Source of the DNA: Bacteroidales bacterium
GTDB taxonomy: Bacteria; Bacteroidota; Bacteroidia; Bacteroidales; B18-G4
Reading direction: 5' to 3'
Assembly: GCA_029942245.1 (NCBI GenBank)
Contig: JAOZTN010000002.1
Coordinates: 19,255-75,494, forward strand
DNA: 56,240 nucleotides
Shown here piece by piece: positions 8,028-17,313 of this stretch. The notes beneath the pieces are model-generated. The model did no database searches and was not told the origin of the DNA. It was given only the letters and a program-made list of their open reading frames with translations. The translations under genes were made by a program, and so were the position numbers. Numbering within the stretch: position 1 is the first letter of the stretch; each line of letters begins with the position of its first letter.

Positions 8028-10259
8028 ATGTACATCCCCGACCCCGAAAAAGAAAAGAAAGAGATTCTAAATCAGTATCGCAACCTGCTCAGGGTTTGGT
8101 CGAAACGGGAGAAGCCTGTCAATAAGAAACTGGTCAGAAAAGCATTCAACCTGGCTGTTGATGCTCACAAGGACATGCGCAGGAAATCCGGGGAGCCATA
8201 CATCTATCATCCCCTGGAAGTGGCACGAATCGCTGCCGGTGAAATAGGTCTGGGGACTACTTCTGTCATTTGTGCCCTTTTACATGATGTTGTTGAAGAC
8301 ACTGATTATACCCTGGCCGACATTCGCATCCCGTTTGGGGATACCATCACACGCATCATCGACGGGCTGACCAAAATCGAAGAGATTTTCGACCATACAT
8401 CTTCATCTGCGCAGGCAGAAAATTTCCGTAAGATGTTGCTTACATTGTCGGTGGATATACGCGTGATCCTGATCAAACTGGCCGACAGGTTGCATAATAT
8501 GCGTACCCTGGAGGCCATGCCGCGCGACAAACAGCTGAAGATCGCCTCAGAAACACTCTATCTCTTTGCCCCCCTGGCACATCGCCTGGGCTTGCATGCC
8601 ATTAAGAGTGAACTGGAAGACCTGTCACTAAAGTTTCTTGAACCGGAGATATACAATACCATATATAGCAGGCTGGAAGAATCAAGGCCTGAGCGAAAAA
8701 GATTTATCAATAAATTCATTTATCCCATAAAAAAGGAACTGGCCAGCAAGGGCATGGATTTTACCATTATTGGCCGTGAGAAATCAGTCTTTTCTATCTG
8801 GGAGAAGATGAAGGTAAAAGAGATCCCATTTGAAGATGTCTTTGATCTTTTTGCTATCAGGGTAGTGATTGATGTACCTGAGGAAGAGGAAAAGGAACAG
8901 TGCTGGCGGGTATATTCCGTGATAACGGATAATTACAAACCAAACCAATCCAGGCTGCGCGACTGGATATCATTGCCTAAGGCCAATGGCTACGAAGCCC
9001 TGCACACTACCGTGATGAGTAGGTCGGGGAAATGGGTGGAGGTACAGATCAGGACCACACGCATGAATGAGATCGCAGAAAAAGGATATGCTGCCCACTG
9101 GAAATATAAAGATGGTGCAGATCGCGACACCGGGCTGGATGAGTGGATGAGCAAGATCAGGGAGATGTTGCAGAGTGAAGATTCCGATGCTCTCAACTTC
9201 CTGGATGATTTTAAGCTGAACCTGTTTTCCGACGAGATCTTTGTTTACACCCCTCAGGGAGACCTGAAGAGCCTGCCTGCCGGATCAACGGTGCTTGACT
9301 TTTCCTACAATATTCACTCCCAAATCGGAAACCAGGCCATTGGCGGCAAGGTGAATCACGACCTGGTACCCCTGAGTCATAAACTGTTTAGCGGAGACCA
9401 GGTAGAGGTGATCGTATCAAAGAAACAACACCCCAGGGAAAACTGGCTTGATTTTGTGGTGACGGCACGCGCCAAGCACCGTATTAAGGCAGCCCTGAAA
9501 GATGAATACAAAAAGCATGCAGAGGAAGGCAAACACTTGTTGCAGAAATACTTCGAGCAGCTTAAGATAGAATTTACTGAAGGTGTAGCTGCGCGATTTA
9601 TGGAATTTATGCGCTATACCTCGCAAAATAAGATGTATTATGACCTGGTAAAAGGAAATATCCTTCCTCAAAAGGTTAAAGCATTTACGCAGCTGTCGCC
9701 CAAAGGAAACTGGTTAAGCTTTATCAGCAGGCCCTTCTCTCGATCAAAGAGTCATAGCTCGGTGAGCCCGGATATCGTTGAAAAGATGAATGAAAAACCG
9801 GAAACCCTGGTGCTGAGCGACAATATAGAAGACATCCGATATGTGATCTCAGAATGCTGTAATCCCATTCCGGGCGATGATGTTTTGGGTTTCATGAATA
9901 AAAGAGGACGCATCCTTATACACAGGACCAATTGTCCGGTAGCCATACAATCGATGACAAGCCACGGCAACCGCATCATCAAGGCCAAGTGGCGGACCAA
10001 TGAATCCATCGGCTTCCTGACAGGGATAAAACTGAAGGGAGTGGACAAAAAAGGCCTGGTAAAACAAATTTCGGAAGTTATTTACGACAAGCATGGCCTG
10101 GGTATACGCTCGTTCAACCTGAACACCCACGAAGGCATAACCGAAGCAAGCATCATGCTTTATATCCAAAATACAGAGACCCTTAACCAGTTGATGGCCA
10201 ACCTGAAGAAGATACCTGAAATACAGAAGATAAGCAGGATCGACAGATCAATAGGTTGA
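8028..10259 (+). CDS. relA: Bifunctional (p)ppGpp synthetase/hydrolase, RelA/SpoT homologue
   Basis: 743 aa. HD hydrolase motif HPLEVA...LHDVVEDT, a synthetase region (RLHNMRTL, YKPNQSRLRDWISLPKANGYEALHTTV), and TGS plus C-terminal ACT-like regions. Confidence 0.95.
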   Translation: MYIPDPEKEKKEILNQYRNLLRVWSKREKPVNKKLVRKAFNLAVDAHKDMRRKSGEPYIYHPLEVARIAAGEIGLGTTSVICALLHDVVEDTDYTLADIRIPFGDTITRIIDGLTKIEEIFDHTSSSAQAENFRKMLLTLSVDIRVILIKLADRLHNMRTLEAMPRDKQLKIASETLYLFAPLAHRLGLHAIKSELEDLSLKFLEPEIYNTIYSRLEESRPERKRFINKFIYPIKKELASKGMDFTIIGREKSVFSIWEKMKVKEIPFEDVFDLFAIRVVIDVPEEEEKEQCWRVYSVITDNYKPNQSRLRDWISLPKANGYEALHTTVMSRSGKWVEVQIRTTRMNEIAEKGYAAHWKYKDGADRDTGLDEWMSKIREMLQSEDSDALNFLDDFKLNLFSDEIFVYTPQGDLKSLPAGSTVLDFSYNIHSQIGNQAIGGKVNHDLVPLSHKLFSGDQVEVIVSKKQHPRENWLDFVVTARAKHRIKAALKDEYKKHAEEGKHLLQKYFEQLKIEFTEGVAARFMEFMRYTSQNKMYYDLVKGNILPQKVKAFTQLSPKGNWLSFISRPFSRSKSHSSVSPDIVEKMNEKPETLVLSDNIEDIRYVISECCNPIPGDDVLGFMNKRGRILIHRTNCPVAIQSMTSHGNRIIKAKWRTNESIGFLTGIKLKGVDKKGLVKQISEVIYDKHGLGIRSFNLNTHEGITEASIMLYIQNTETLNQLMANLKKIPEIQKISRIDRSIG

Positions 10260-10260
10260 T

Positions 10261-10295
10261 GCCCAAAGCCCTTTCCCCTGAACCCTTCTTCCCGT
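10261..10295. repeat. Degenerate 7-nt periodic C-run array (GCCCAAA GCCCTTT CCCCTGA ACCCTTC TTCCCGT) starting 2 nt after the relA/spoT stop
   Basis: CCC runs begin at 10262, 10269, 10275/6, 10283 and 10291, a spacing of about 7 nt, by direct reading. Confidence 0.55.
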
Positions 10296-10349
10296 ACAGA
10301 TTTTAAAAATTTATTTTTATTTATACCAAATACTAATAAATATTTTATG

Positions 10350-10357
10350 TAAATTTG
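10350..10357 (+). promoter_or_regulatory. Candidate -7 box TAAATTTG upstream of the Fur-like gene
   Basis: TAnnTTTG match, 24 nt upstream of the ATG at 10381, in an AT-rich spacer. Confidence 0.45.
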
Positions 10358-10380
10358 AGGCTCGTTAAAACACTAATTCG

Positions 10381-10821
10381 ATGAAAGACACGAATAAGGA
10401 TACGCTGGAACAGGTAAAAAAGATTTTCACGGATTATCTGGAGCAGCGTGGACATCGAAAAACACCTGAAAGATACACTATCTTAAAGGAGATTTATGCT
10501 ACCGAAGGGCACTTCGATATTGAGACCCTGTACATCCGCATGAAGAACAATAAGTACCGTGTCAGCAGGGCTACCTTATACAATACTATTGAATTACTGC
10601 TCGACTGTAATCTTGTTACAAAACACCAGTTCGGAAATAATTGTGCGCAATTTGAGCGCTCATACAAGTTCAAGAAGCATGACCACTTCATTAATGTAAA
10701 TGATGGAAAGGTCATCGAATTCTCGGACCCAAGGATCGATGAGATCAAACAATATGTCGAGAAAACACTCGGTGTCGAGGTGACCCATCATTCCTTGACG
10801 TTTTACGGACATATCAAATAA
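10381..10821 (+). CDS. Fur-family transcriptional regulator (cysteine-less variant)
   Basis: 146 aa. Winged-helix region [14 protein letters not shown]...HFDIETLY...[21 protein letters not shown]. His-rich dimerisation part (KHDHFINV..., [10 protein letters not shown]) with no CxxC pairs. Confidence 0.7.
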   Translation: MKDTNKDTLEQVKKIFTDYLEQRGHRKTPERYTILKEIYATEGHFDIETLYIRMKNNKYRVSRATLYNTIELLLDCNLVTKHQFGNNCAQFERSYKFKKHDHFINVNDGKVIEFSDPRIDEIKQYVEKTLGVEVTHHSLTFYGHIK

Positions 10822-10835
10822 TAAAAACCACCTCC

Positions 10836-12125
10836 ATGAAAATTGATGTGTTGCTTGGTCTCCAATGGGGAGATGAAGGTAAGGGGAAAATTGTGGATGT
10901 CCTTACGCCTGAGTATGATATAATCGCTCGTTTCCAGGGCGGGCCGAATGCCGGGCATACCATTATTTTTGAAGGCAAGAAATTTGTCCTTCATACCATT
11001 CCTTCCGGTATCTTTTCCGAGAAAGCAAAAAACATTGTTGGCAACGGGGTAATCCTCGATCCTTTCATCATGCGAAAGGAACTGGAAAACCTGGATGCCC
11101 AGAATATCCCTGCACGGGATAGGTTGTATATATCCCGCAAGGCACACCTGATCACACCATCACATCGCCTGCTCGACGCTGTTTATGAAAAGTCAAAAGG
11201 CAAGGAAAAGATCGGATCTACCCTCAAAGGTATCGGCCCAACCTATACCGATAAGGTAGCCAGGTTAGGTCTGCGTATCGGCGATCTTCAGGAAGACAAT
11301 TTCAGGGGACGTTACGAAAAACTGCGCGAAAGACATCTGAAGATCATGCGTTCATATGGCTTTGAAACGACTGATTTTACTTTCGATGAGCTCTCATTTA
11401 ACGATTATGAAGAGGCATGGTTTGATGCTCTGAAGATCTTTGATGAGCTGACGATGGTCAACAGCGAGTATATGATCAATGAGGCCCTTGATAAAGGACA
11501 AAAGGTGCTTGCAGAAGGCGCTCAGGGATCCATGCTCGACATCGACTTCGGAACCTATCCCTTTGTGACTTCATCGAATACCATCGTGGCTGGTGTTTGT
11601 TCCGGTCTGGGTGTACCACCTCAGAAAGTAGGGGAGGTGTTTGGTGTATTCAAAGCATATTGTACGCGTGTAGGCAGTGGCCCATTCCCATCTGAATTAC
11701 TGGATGACAATGGCAAGCTGATGCGCGATACAGGGAAAGAATTTGGTTCCACTACCGGCCGTCCACGCCGTTGTGGCTGGCTCGACCTGGTAGCACTAAA
11801 GTACAGCATCATGCTGAACGGGGTAAGCAAGCTCTTCATGATGAAAACCGATGTGCTCAGTCCGTTTGAGGAACTGGAAATCTGTACCTCGTATGAAATC
11901 GATGGGAAAAAGAGTGCGGAGGTGCCGTACGACATGACCAGGTGTGAGATCGACCCGGTACTGACTACCATGGAGGGTTGGAATGAAAATATCGAAACGC
12001 TACCAGATATGGATCAGGCACCACAGGCGCTAAATACCTACATCGAATACGTCGAAAAAGAAACAGGCGTACCTATAGAAATTGTCTCAATAGGACCTGA
12101 TCGTAAACAAACACTGTTTAGGTAA
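10836..12125 (+). CDS. purA: Adenylosuccinate synthase
   Basis: 429 aa. Contains LQWGDEGKGKIVD, GGPNAGHT, TLKGIGPTYTDK and GSTTGRPRRCGWLD. Confidence 0.97.
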   Translation: MKIDVLLGLQWGDEGKGKIVDVLTPEYDIIARFQGGPNAGHTIIFEGKKFVLHTIPSGIFSEKAKNIVGNGVILDPFIMRKELENLDAQNIPARDRLYISRKAHLITPSHRLLDAVYEKSKGKEKIGSTLKGIGPTYTDKVARLGLRIGDLQEDNFRGRYEKLRERHLKIMRSYGFETTDFTFDELSFNDYEEAWFDALKIFDELTMVNSEYMINEALDKGQKVLAEGAQGSMLDIDFGTYPFVTSSNTIVAGVCSGLGVPPQKVGEVFGVFKAYCTRVGSGPFPSELLDDNGKLMRDTGKEFGSTTGRPRRCGWLDLVALKYSIMLNGVSKLFMMKTDVLSPFEELEICTSYEIDGKKSAEVPYDMTRCEIDPVLTTMEGWNENIETLPDMDQAPQALNTYIEYVEKETGVPIEIVSIGPDRKQTLFR

Positions 12126-12137
12126 TTTCTCCATTAC

Positions 12138-12212
12138 AAGTCATTTCGACCAAAGGGAGAATTCTATCTCCTTTGAAAGAATACAGATTTCTCGCTACGC
12201 TCGAAATGACTT
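12138..12212. repeat. REP-like palindromic element / probable purA terminator
   Basis: 12-bp arms AAGTCATTTCGA (12138-12149) and TCGAAATGACTT (12201-12212) enclose an inner imperfect hairpin (AAAGGGAGA...TCTCCTTT). It is followed by TTTTGTTGTTT. Confidence 0.6.
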
Positions 12213-12245
12213 TTGTTGTTTGGGAAAATATTTGGAAATAGAATT

Positions 12246-12310
12246 TCGGATATCAAGTTTCAAGTCTCAAGTCTCGAGTTTCGGATATCGAATATCGGAT
12301 ATCGGATATC
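12246..12310. repeat. Perfectly phased heptanucleotide array, 9.3 units, abutting the infB stop codon
   Basis: The units read TCGGATA TCAAGTT TCAAGTC TCAAGTC TCGAGTT TCGGATA TCGAATA TCGGATA TCGGATA TC, followed by TTA (infB stop complement at 12311-12313). Every unit starts with TC. Confidence 0.9.
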
Positions 12311-15268
12311 TTACAGCGTCCGCTTCACCTCAACCTCTTCATAACCTTCAATAATATCACCTACTTTGATATCATTGTAGTTGACAATGTTCAGCCCACA
12401 TTCGTAGCCTGTGGCTACTTCCTTGGCATCGTCTTTAAATCGTTTGAGTGAGCCCAGTAAACCTGTATGAACTACGATACCGTCGCGGATCAGCCTGACG
12501 GTGGTGTTACGTGTGATCTTTCCATCAAGAACCATACATCCGGCCACGGAACCCACCTTGGTGATCTTGAATACTTCCCTGACTTCTACATTACAGGTGA
12601 TCTTTTCTTCAATATCGGGTGAGAGCATACCTTCGATGGCAGCCTTGATCTCTTCAATGGCCTGGTAGATGATGCTGTAGAGACGGATGTCGATTTGTTC
12701 GTTTTCAGCCAGCTTCCTGGCACTTGGTTGTGGCCTTACGTTGAAGCCCACGATGATGGCGTTGGATGCAGATGCCAGCATGACATCAGTTTCTGTGACG
12801 GCACCAACACTTTTGAGGATGACATTCACCTGTACCTCATCGGTAGAAAGCTTCAGCAATGAGTCGGAGAGGGCCTCGACAGATCCGTCGACATCCCCTT
12901 TCACGATCACATTCAGCTCCTTGAAATCGCCAATGGCGATCCTGCGGCCGATCTCATCCAGGGTAATATGTTTTTGTGTACGCAAGCCCTGCTCACGTTG
13001 TAATTGTTCACGTTTGTTGGCAATGCTCTTAGCTTCCCTTTCGTCCAGCATCACATTGAAACCGTCACCGGCCTGTGGTGCACCATTCAAACCGAGAAGT
13101 AGTACAGGTGCTGACGGGCCTGCCTCTGTCACGGGCTGATCACGCTCATTGTACATCGCCTTGATCTTACCAAAGTAAGATCCTGACAATACCATGTCGC
13201 CTACGCGCAGGGTACCGGCCTGAACCAGTACGTTGGTAACAAATCCTCTTCCCTTGTCGAGAGTGGATTCGATCACGGTTCCTACAGCATGCCTGGTGTG
13301 ATTTGCTTTCAGGTCAAGCATTTCTGCTTCGAGCAATACTTTTTCCAGCAGTTCCTCTACATTCAGACCGTCTTTGGCCGAGATGTCCTGACTCTGGTAT
13401 TTGCCACCCCATTCCTCAACGAGGATGTTCATGTCAGAAAGCTGATGCTTGATCTTATCGGGGTTGGCGTTTGATTTATCAATCTTATTTATGGCAAATA
13501 CGATGGGTACTCCTGCAGCCTGGGCATGATTGATGGCCTCTTTGGTCTGGGGCATCACATCATCGTCGGCAGCAACAATAATAATGGCAACATCAGTAAC
13601 CTTGGCACCCCTGGCACGCATGGCAGTAAAGGCCTCATGGCCTGGTGTATCGAGGAAAGTGATCTTTTTCCCATCGTCGAGGCGTACCTCGTAAGCACCA
13701 ATATGCTGTGTGATACCACCGGCTTCACCGGCTACCACATTGGCTTTACGGATGTAGTCAAGTAACTTGGTTTTACCATGATCGACGTGTCCCATTACCG
13801 TTACAATAGGAGAACGAGGTGTCATTTCACCTTCTTCTTCCTGTGCATCTTCCACACTGTCGATGGCTTCCTGTACCTCCACACTGACAAACTCAACTTC
13901 AAAGCCAAATTCGAGTGCAACCAGGTTCAGGGTCTCAGCATCCAGCCGCTGGTTGATGGAAACAAATAACCCAAGTGACATACATGCCGAGATCACCTCA
14001 GTGGCGTTCACGTTCATCATGCTTGCCAGTTCGGCTACAGTCACGAACTCAGTAAGCTTAAGAACGCCTTTTTCCGCTTCAACCCGCTTCTGTTCTTCTT
14101 CAATTTGCTGACTTACGGCTGCACGTTTTGACTTACGGTGCTTAGCACCTTTCGATTTCCCTGATGGAGCAAGCCTGGCGAGGGTTTCCTTGATTTGCTT
14201 CTGGATTTCCTCTTCAGTGAGTTCCGGTTTTACAATATTTTTCTTATACCTGCCCTTGCCTTTGCCTCTGTCATCGGGCTTCCTGGCCCCTGCACCAGCA
14301 ACATGCTTGGGTGTGGCGATCCTTCTGCGTTTTTTCTTCTGCGAAACCTTGTCGTCTTTTGAACTGGCAACAGGCTTTTTCTCAAATACCTTCAGATCGA
14401 TCTTATCCAGGATCTTTGGCCCGGAGAGTTTGTCAACCTTGGTTTTAATGAAATTATCAACTTTCTTAGGTTCTTCTTTAACCTCTTCCTTATCCTCAGC
14501 AGATTCAACGGCAACGGGCTCTTCTTTGTCAACAGCAGTTTCGGCAGGCTTGGGTTCTTCTTTTTTAACCTTCGCCTTATCGGAGACGGGCCCTTTTTTA
14601 TCAGTGACAGCTTCCTCAGAAACAGGCTCTTCCTTAGCAGTTTTCTTTTTGTTAGAAGCTTTCTTCTCTGCTTCTTTTTCTTCTTTTGTTTTCCTGGCGG
14701 GACGGGTTTTCTGATTGATGGCATCAAGGTCGATCTTATCGAGCACCTTGATCGGATCTTTCTTGTCCTCTGTAGTCGTGGCGGAGGACTCTTCAGTATC
14801 AGCCTCAACATCTTTTGGAGCCACCTCTTCCTTGTCTGCTTCAGCTTTTTCGTCGGCGGATTCTTTTTTCGCTTCAGCCTTTTTAGCAGGTGCTTTTTTC
14901 TCTACCCTGGCAGGAGGTTCTTCTTCCTTGACTTCTTTTGGTTCACTTTCAATGATGGTAGTCTTCTGAATGATGATATCTTCATCGCTATCTTCATCGT
15001 CTTTGGATGCAGCGCGGTCGATATCATCAATGCTGATGGAAGCATGCTGGCTTGTGTCTAGCTCCATCTTTTTGGATTCTTCCTTAACAGCCTTCTCGGT
15101 CTGGAATTCTGCCACAAGCATATCATAAGCTTCCGGGCTCAGCTTGGTGGTTGGCTTTTCACCGATCTCGATCCCTTTCTTAGAAAGGAAATCCACGATG
15201 GTATGTATACCAACGTTAAACTCCCGGGCAGCTTTACTTAATCTTGTAGGTTTGCTTACTTCCGCCAT
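12311..15268 (-). CDS. infB: Translation initiation factor IF-2
   Basis: 985 aa. Contains [24 protein letters not shown] and NKIDK, with a long K/E/A-rich N-terminal region. Confidence 0.97.
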   Translation of the reverse strand: MAEVSKPTRLSKAAREFNVGIHTIVDFLSKKGIEIGEKPTTKLSPEAYDMLVAEFQTEKAVKEESKKMELDTSQHASISIDDIDRAASKDDEDSDEDIIIQKTTIIESEPKEVKEEEPPARVEKKAPAKKAEAKKESADEKAEADKEEVAPKDVEADTEESSATTTEDKKDPIKVLDKIDLDAINQKTRPARKTKEEKEAEKKASNKKKTAKEEPVSEEAVTDKKGPVSDKAKVKKEEPKPAETAVDKEEPVAVESAEDKEEVKEEPKKVDNFIKTKVDKLSGPKILDKIDLKVFEKKPVASSKDDKVSQKKKRRRIATPKHVAGAGARKPDDRGKGKGRYKKNIVKPELTEEEIQKQIKETLARLAPSGKSKGAKHRKSKRAAVSQQIEEEQKRVEAEKGVLKLTEFVTVAELASMMNVNATEVISACMSLGLFVSINQRLDAETLNLVALEFGFEVEFVSVEVQEAIDSVEDAQEEEGEMTPRSPIVTVMGHVDHGKTKLLDYIRKANVVAGEAGGITQHIGAYEVRLDDGKKITFLDTPGHEAFTAMRARGAKVTDVAIIIVAADDDVMPQTKEAINHAQAAGVPIVFAINKIDKSNANPDKIKHQLSDMNILVEEWGGKYQSQDISAKDGLNVEELLEKVLLEAEMLDLKANHTRHAVGTVIESTLDKGRGFVTNVLVQAGTLRVGDMVLSGSYFGKIKAMYNERDQPVTEAGPSAPVLLLGLNGAPQAGDGFNVMLDEREAKSIANKREQLQREQGLRTQKHITLDEIGRRIAIGDFKELNVIVKGDVDGSVEALSDSLLKLSTDEVQVNVILKSVGAVTETDVMLASASNAIIVGFNVRPQPSARKLAENEQIDIRLYSIIYQAIEEIKAAIEGMLSPDIEEKITCNVEVREVFKITKVGSVAGCMVLDGKITRNTTVRLIRDGIVVHTGLLGSLKRFKDDAKEVATGYECGLNIVNYNDIKVGDIIEGYEEVEVKRTL

Positions 15269-15328
15269 ACTATAGTTTCAAATATTAATCCTTTACCGCT
15301 CAGATTAATGCAGTCAAAAATACTATTT

Positions 15329-16564
15329 TTATTCAAATTCAGCCCTTAAGATGCGAATCACCTCATTAATGGTCTCCTCTTCAAGGTCTGTCCTCTTTAC
15401 CAGTTCTGAAGGTTCGAGCTCCAGCACGCTCTTCGCAGTGTCACAGCCTATACCCTTTAATTCTTCGATGATCCACTGATCGATCTCATCTGAGAATTCA
15501 GCCATATCCACGTCTTCACTGTCGGTGTCGGTATCGCGATAAACATCGATCTCGTAACCGGTCAGTTTTCCTGCCAGCCGGATATTAAATCCTCCTTTAC
15601 CAATGGCCAGGGATACCTGGTCAGGTTTCATATACACCTCGGCACGATTATTCTCATCGTCGAGGGTAATGGAAGATATCTTAGCCGGGCTGAGGGCACG
15701 CGTAATATATAATGTAGCATTGCCGGTGTAGTTGATCACATCGATGTTCTCATTCTTCAGCTCTCTGACAATACCATGTATCCTGGATCCTTTCATTCCA
15801 ACACAGGCACCAACGGGGTCGATGCGGTCATCATAAGACTCTACAGCGATCTTGGCTCTTTCACCGGGAACACGTACGATATTCTTTATGGTGATCAGTC
15901 CATCGTAAACCTCAGGTACCTCTGATTCAAACAGCCTTTCCAGGAATATAGGTGAGGTCCTCGAAAGGATAATAGCCGGACTGGCATTTTTCATCTCCAC
16001 ACGGGAAACAACCGCCCTGATAGTTTCGCCTTTCCTGTAAAAATCGGAAGGGATCTGTTCTGATTTCGGTAATATCAACTCAATATATTCATCGTCGAGT
16101 ACCAGTATCTCTTTCTTCCATACCTGGTACACCTCGCCTGTGATGATCTCACCGATCTTTTCCTTGTACTTCTGGTATACACTGTCTTTTTCATATTCCT
16201 GGATCTTGGCAATAAGATTTTGCCTGATCGTAAGGATCTCCCTGCGGCCAAAGTCCATCAGCTTCATTTCTTCCGAAACTTCTTCACCTACTTCGAAGTC
16301 AGGCTCTATCTTGATGGCATCAGAAAGTGCGATTTGAAGGTTATCATCTTCCAGTTCAGCATCTTCCACGATCTCCCTGTTTCTCCATATCTCGAGGTCT
16401 CCCTTGTCGATATTTACGATGATATCGAAATTCTCATCAGTACCGTATTTCTTCTCCAGCATATGACGGAAGATGTCCTCAATGATCACCATGAGCATCT
16501 CCCTGTCGATATTCTTGAATTCCTTAAATTCCGCAAAGGTTTCTACCAGATTGATTGTATCCAT
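15329..16564 (-). CDS. nusA: Transcription termination/antitermination factor NusA
   Basis: 411 aa. S1 region (GEIITGEVYQV) and KH motifs (GACVGMKGSRIHGI, AIGKGGFNIRLA). It sits between rimP and infB. Confidence 0.95.
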   Translation of the reverse strand: MDTINLVETFAEFKEFKNIDREMLMVIIEDIFRHMLEKKYGTDENFDIIVNIDKGDLEIWRNREIVEDAELEDDNLQIALSDAIKIEPDFEVGEEVSEEMKLMDFGRREILTIRQNLIAKIQEYEKDSVYQKYKEKIGEIITGEVYQVWKKEILVLDDEYIELILPKSEQIPSDFYRKGETIRAVVSRVEMKNASPAIILSRTSPIFLERLFESEVPEVYDGLITIKNIVRVPGERAKIAVESYDDRIDPVGACVGMKGSRIHGIVRELKNENIDVINYTGNATLYITRALSPAKISSITLDDENNRAEVYMKPDQVSLAIGKGGFNIRLAGKLTGYEIDVYRDTDTDSEDVDMAEFSDEIDQWIIEELKGIGCDTAKSVLELEPSELVKRTDLEEETINEVIRILRAEFE

Positions 16565-16586
16565 TGTTCTAAATTTTTTCCGGTGA

Positions 16587-17045
16587 TCATCCGAAGTGGA
16601 TGCCCGGTTTTGTTTCCTTTATTTCTGAAAGGGGGAGCTCCTGTTCGTGGCCTTCCTCGAGCTTTTTGCTTTTCCCTTTTTTGATTAATTTTTTGATCTT
16701 AATATATTCTTCTCCTATATGTGTAAGAACGGCTTTGATCTTCTTTCCGTCTTCCAATTCAATATCAACTCTTCTGTTGATATATTTCTGATACTGTCGG
16801 GGAAGGATAAATGGCTGATCTAGCCCGGCTGATGACACAATAAGTTCAAAATCTTCGGCATCCCTGTCGAGCGTCTTTTCTATCCCCTTACTAAGCTTAA
16901 TGCAGTCAGTTACGCTCACATCATTATCATTGTCGATAAAAATATGAATACGGTTTCCGGACCTTACAAGCACTGTTACAAGATAGTTCTCAGTGTCTTG
17001 AAGCTTCAGCTCCACCAACTTACGTATTTGCTTTTCACTTATCAT
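16587..17045 (-). CDS. rimP: Ribosome maturation factor RimP
   Basis: 152 aa. The size and the position immediately upstream of nusA-infB are the conserved operon order. The sequence motifs are weak, so the call rests mainly on context. Confidence 0.75.
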   Translation of the reverse strand: MISEKQIRKLVELKLQDTENYLVTVLVRSGNRIHIFIDNDNDVSVTDCIKLSKGIEKTLDRDAEDFELIVSSAGLDQPFILPRQYQKYINRRVDIELEDGKKIKAVLTHIGEEYIKIKKLIKKGKSKKLEEGHEQELPLSEIKETKPGIHFG

Positions 17046-17052
17046 TGTATTC

Positions 17053-17080
17053 CAATAAAAGAGGGGACGCCTGTCCCCTC
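17053..17080 (-). terminator. Intrinsic terminator/attenuator hairpin between tRNA-Gln and rimP
   Basis: The minus strand reads GAGGGGAC-AGGC-GTCCCCTC (8-bp GC-rich stem, 4-nt loop, 17061-17080), then TTTTATT. The rimP ATG follows 15 nt after the stem. Confidence 0.7.
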
Positions 17081-17100
17081 ATATATCCTTCCGCTTTGTG

Positions 17101-17173
17101 TTGTCCGACCAGGGCTCGAACCTGGACTCTTCTGGACCAAAACCAGACGTGTTGCCAGTTACACCATCGGACA
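17101..17173 (-). tRNA. tRNA-Gln (anticodon UUG)
   Basis: Hand-folded cloverleaf: TGTCCGA TG GTGT AACTGGCA ACAC G TCTGG TTTTGGT CCAGA AGAGT CCAGG TTCGAGC CCTGG TCGGACA A. All four stems are fully Watson-Crick paired and the T-loop is TTCGAGC. The U1-A72 pair is typical of bacterial tRNA-Gln. CCA is not encoded. Confidence 0.85.
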
Positions 17174-17257
17174 TTGTCCGCCGAAGCTTTGAGCGTAGGC
17201 GGGCCTTCTGCGATTTTCACCACCTTCGCATAAACGCTACGGTGGTTTAAACGACTG

Positions 17258-17265
17258 CAAAATTA
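17258..17265 (-). promoter_or_regulatory. Candidate -7 box TAATTTTG (minus strand) for tRNA-Gln
   Basis: The plus strand reads CAAAATTA, the reverse complement of TAATTTTG. It lies about 85 nt upstream of the mature tRNA 5' end. The leader contains two small hairpins (CCACC...GGTGG and CCGCC...GGCGG). Confidence 0.4.
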
Positions 17266-17313
17266 CAACAATTTTTTTGTATACAAAACTTCCCTAAGTA
17301 AATAATTTGCAAA

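Noticed and set aside
14190-14969. Several ORFs (14190-14714, 14392-14811, 14715-14969) within the infB 5' region.
   Set aside because: They are alternative-frame readings of the K/E/A-rich low-complexity N-terminal region of IF-2. Such repeats keep all frames open.
17035-17233. ORFs 17035-17223 (-) and 17045-17233 (+).
   Set aside because: Both overlap a cleanly folding tRNA-Gln and its flanking hairpins.
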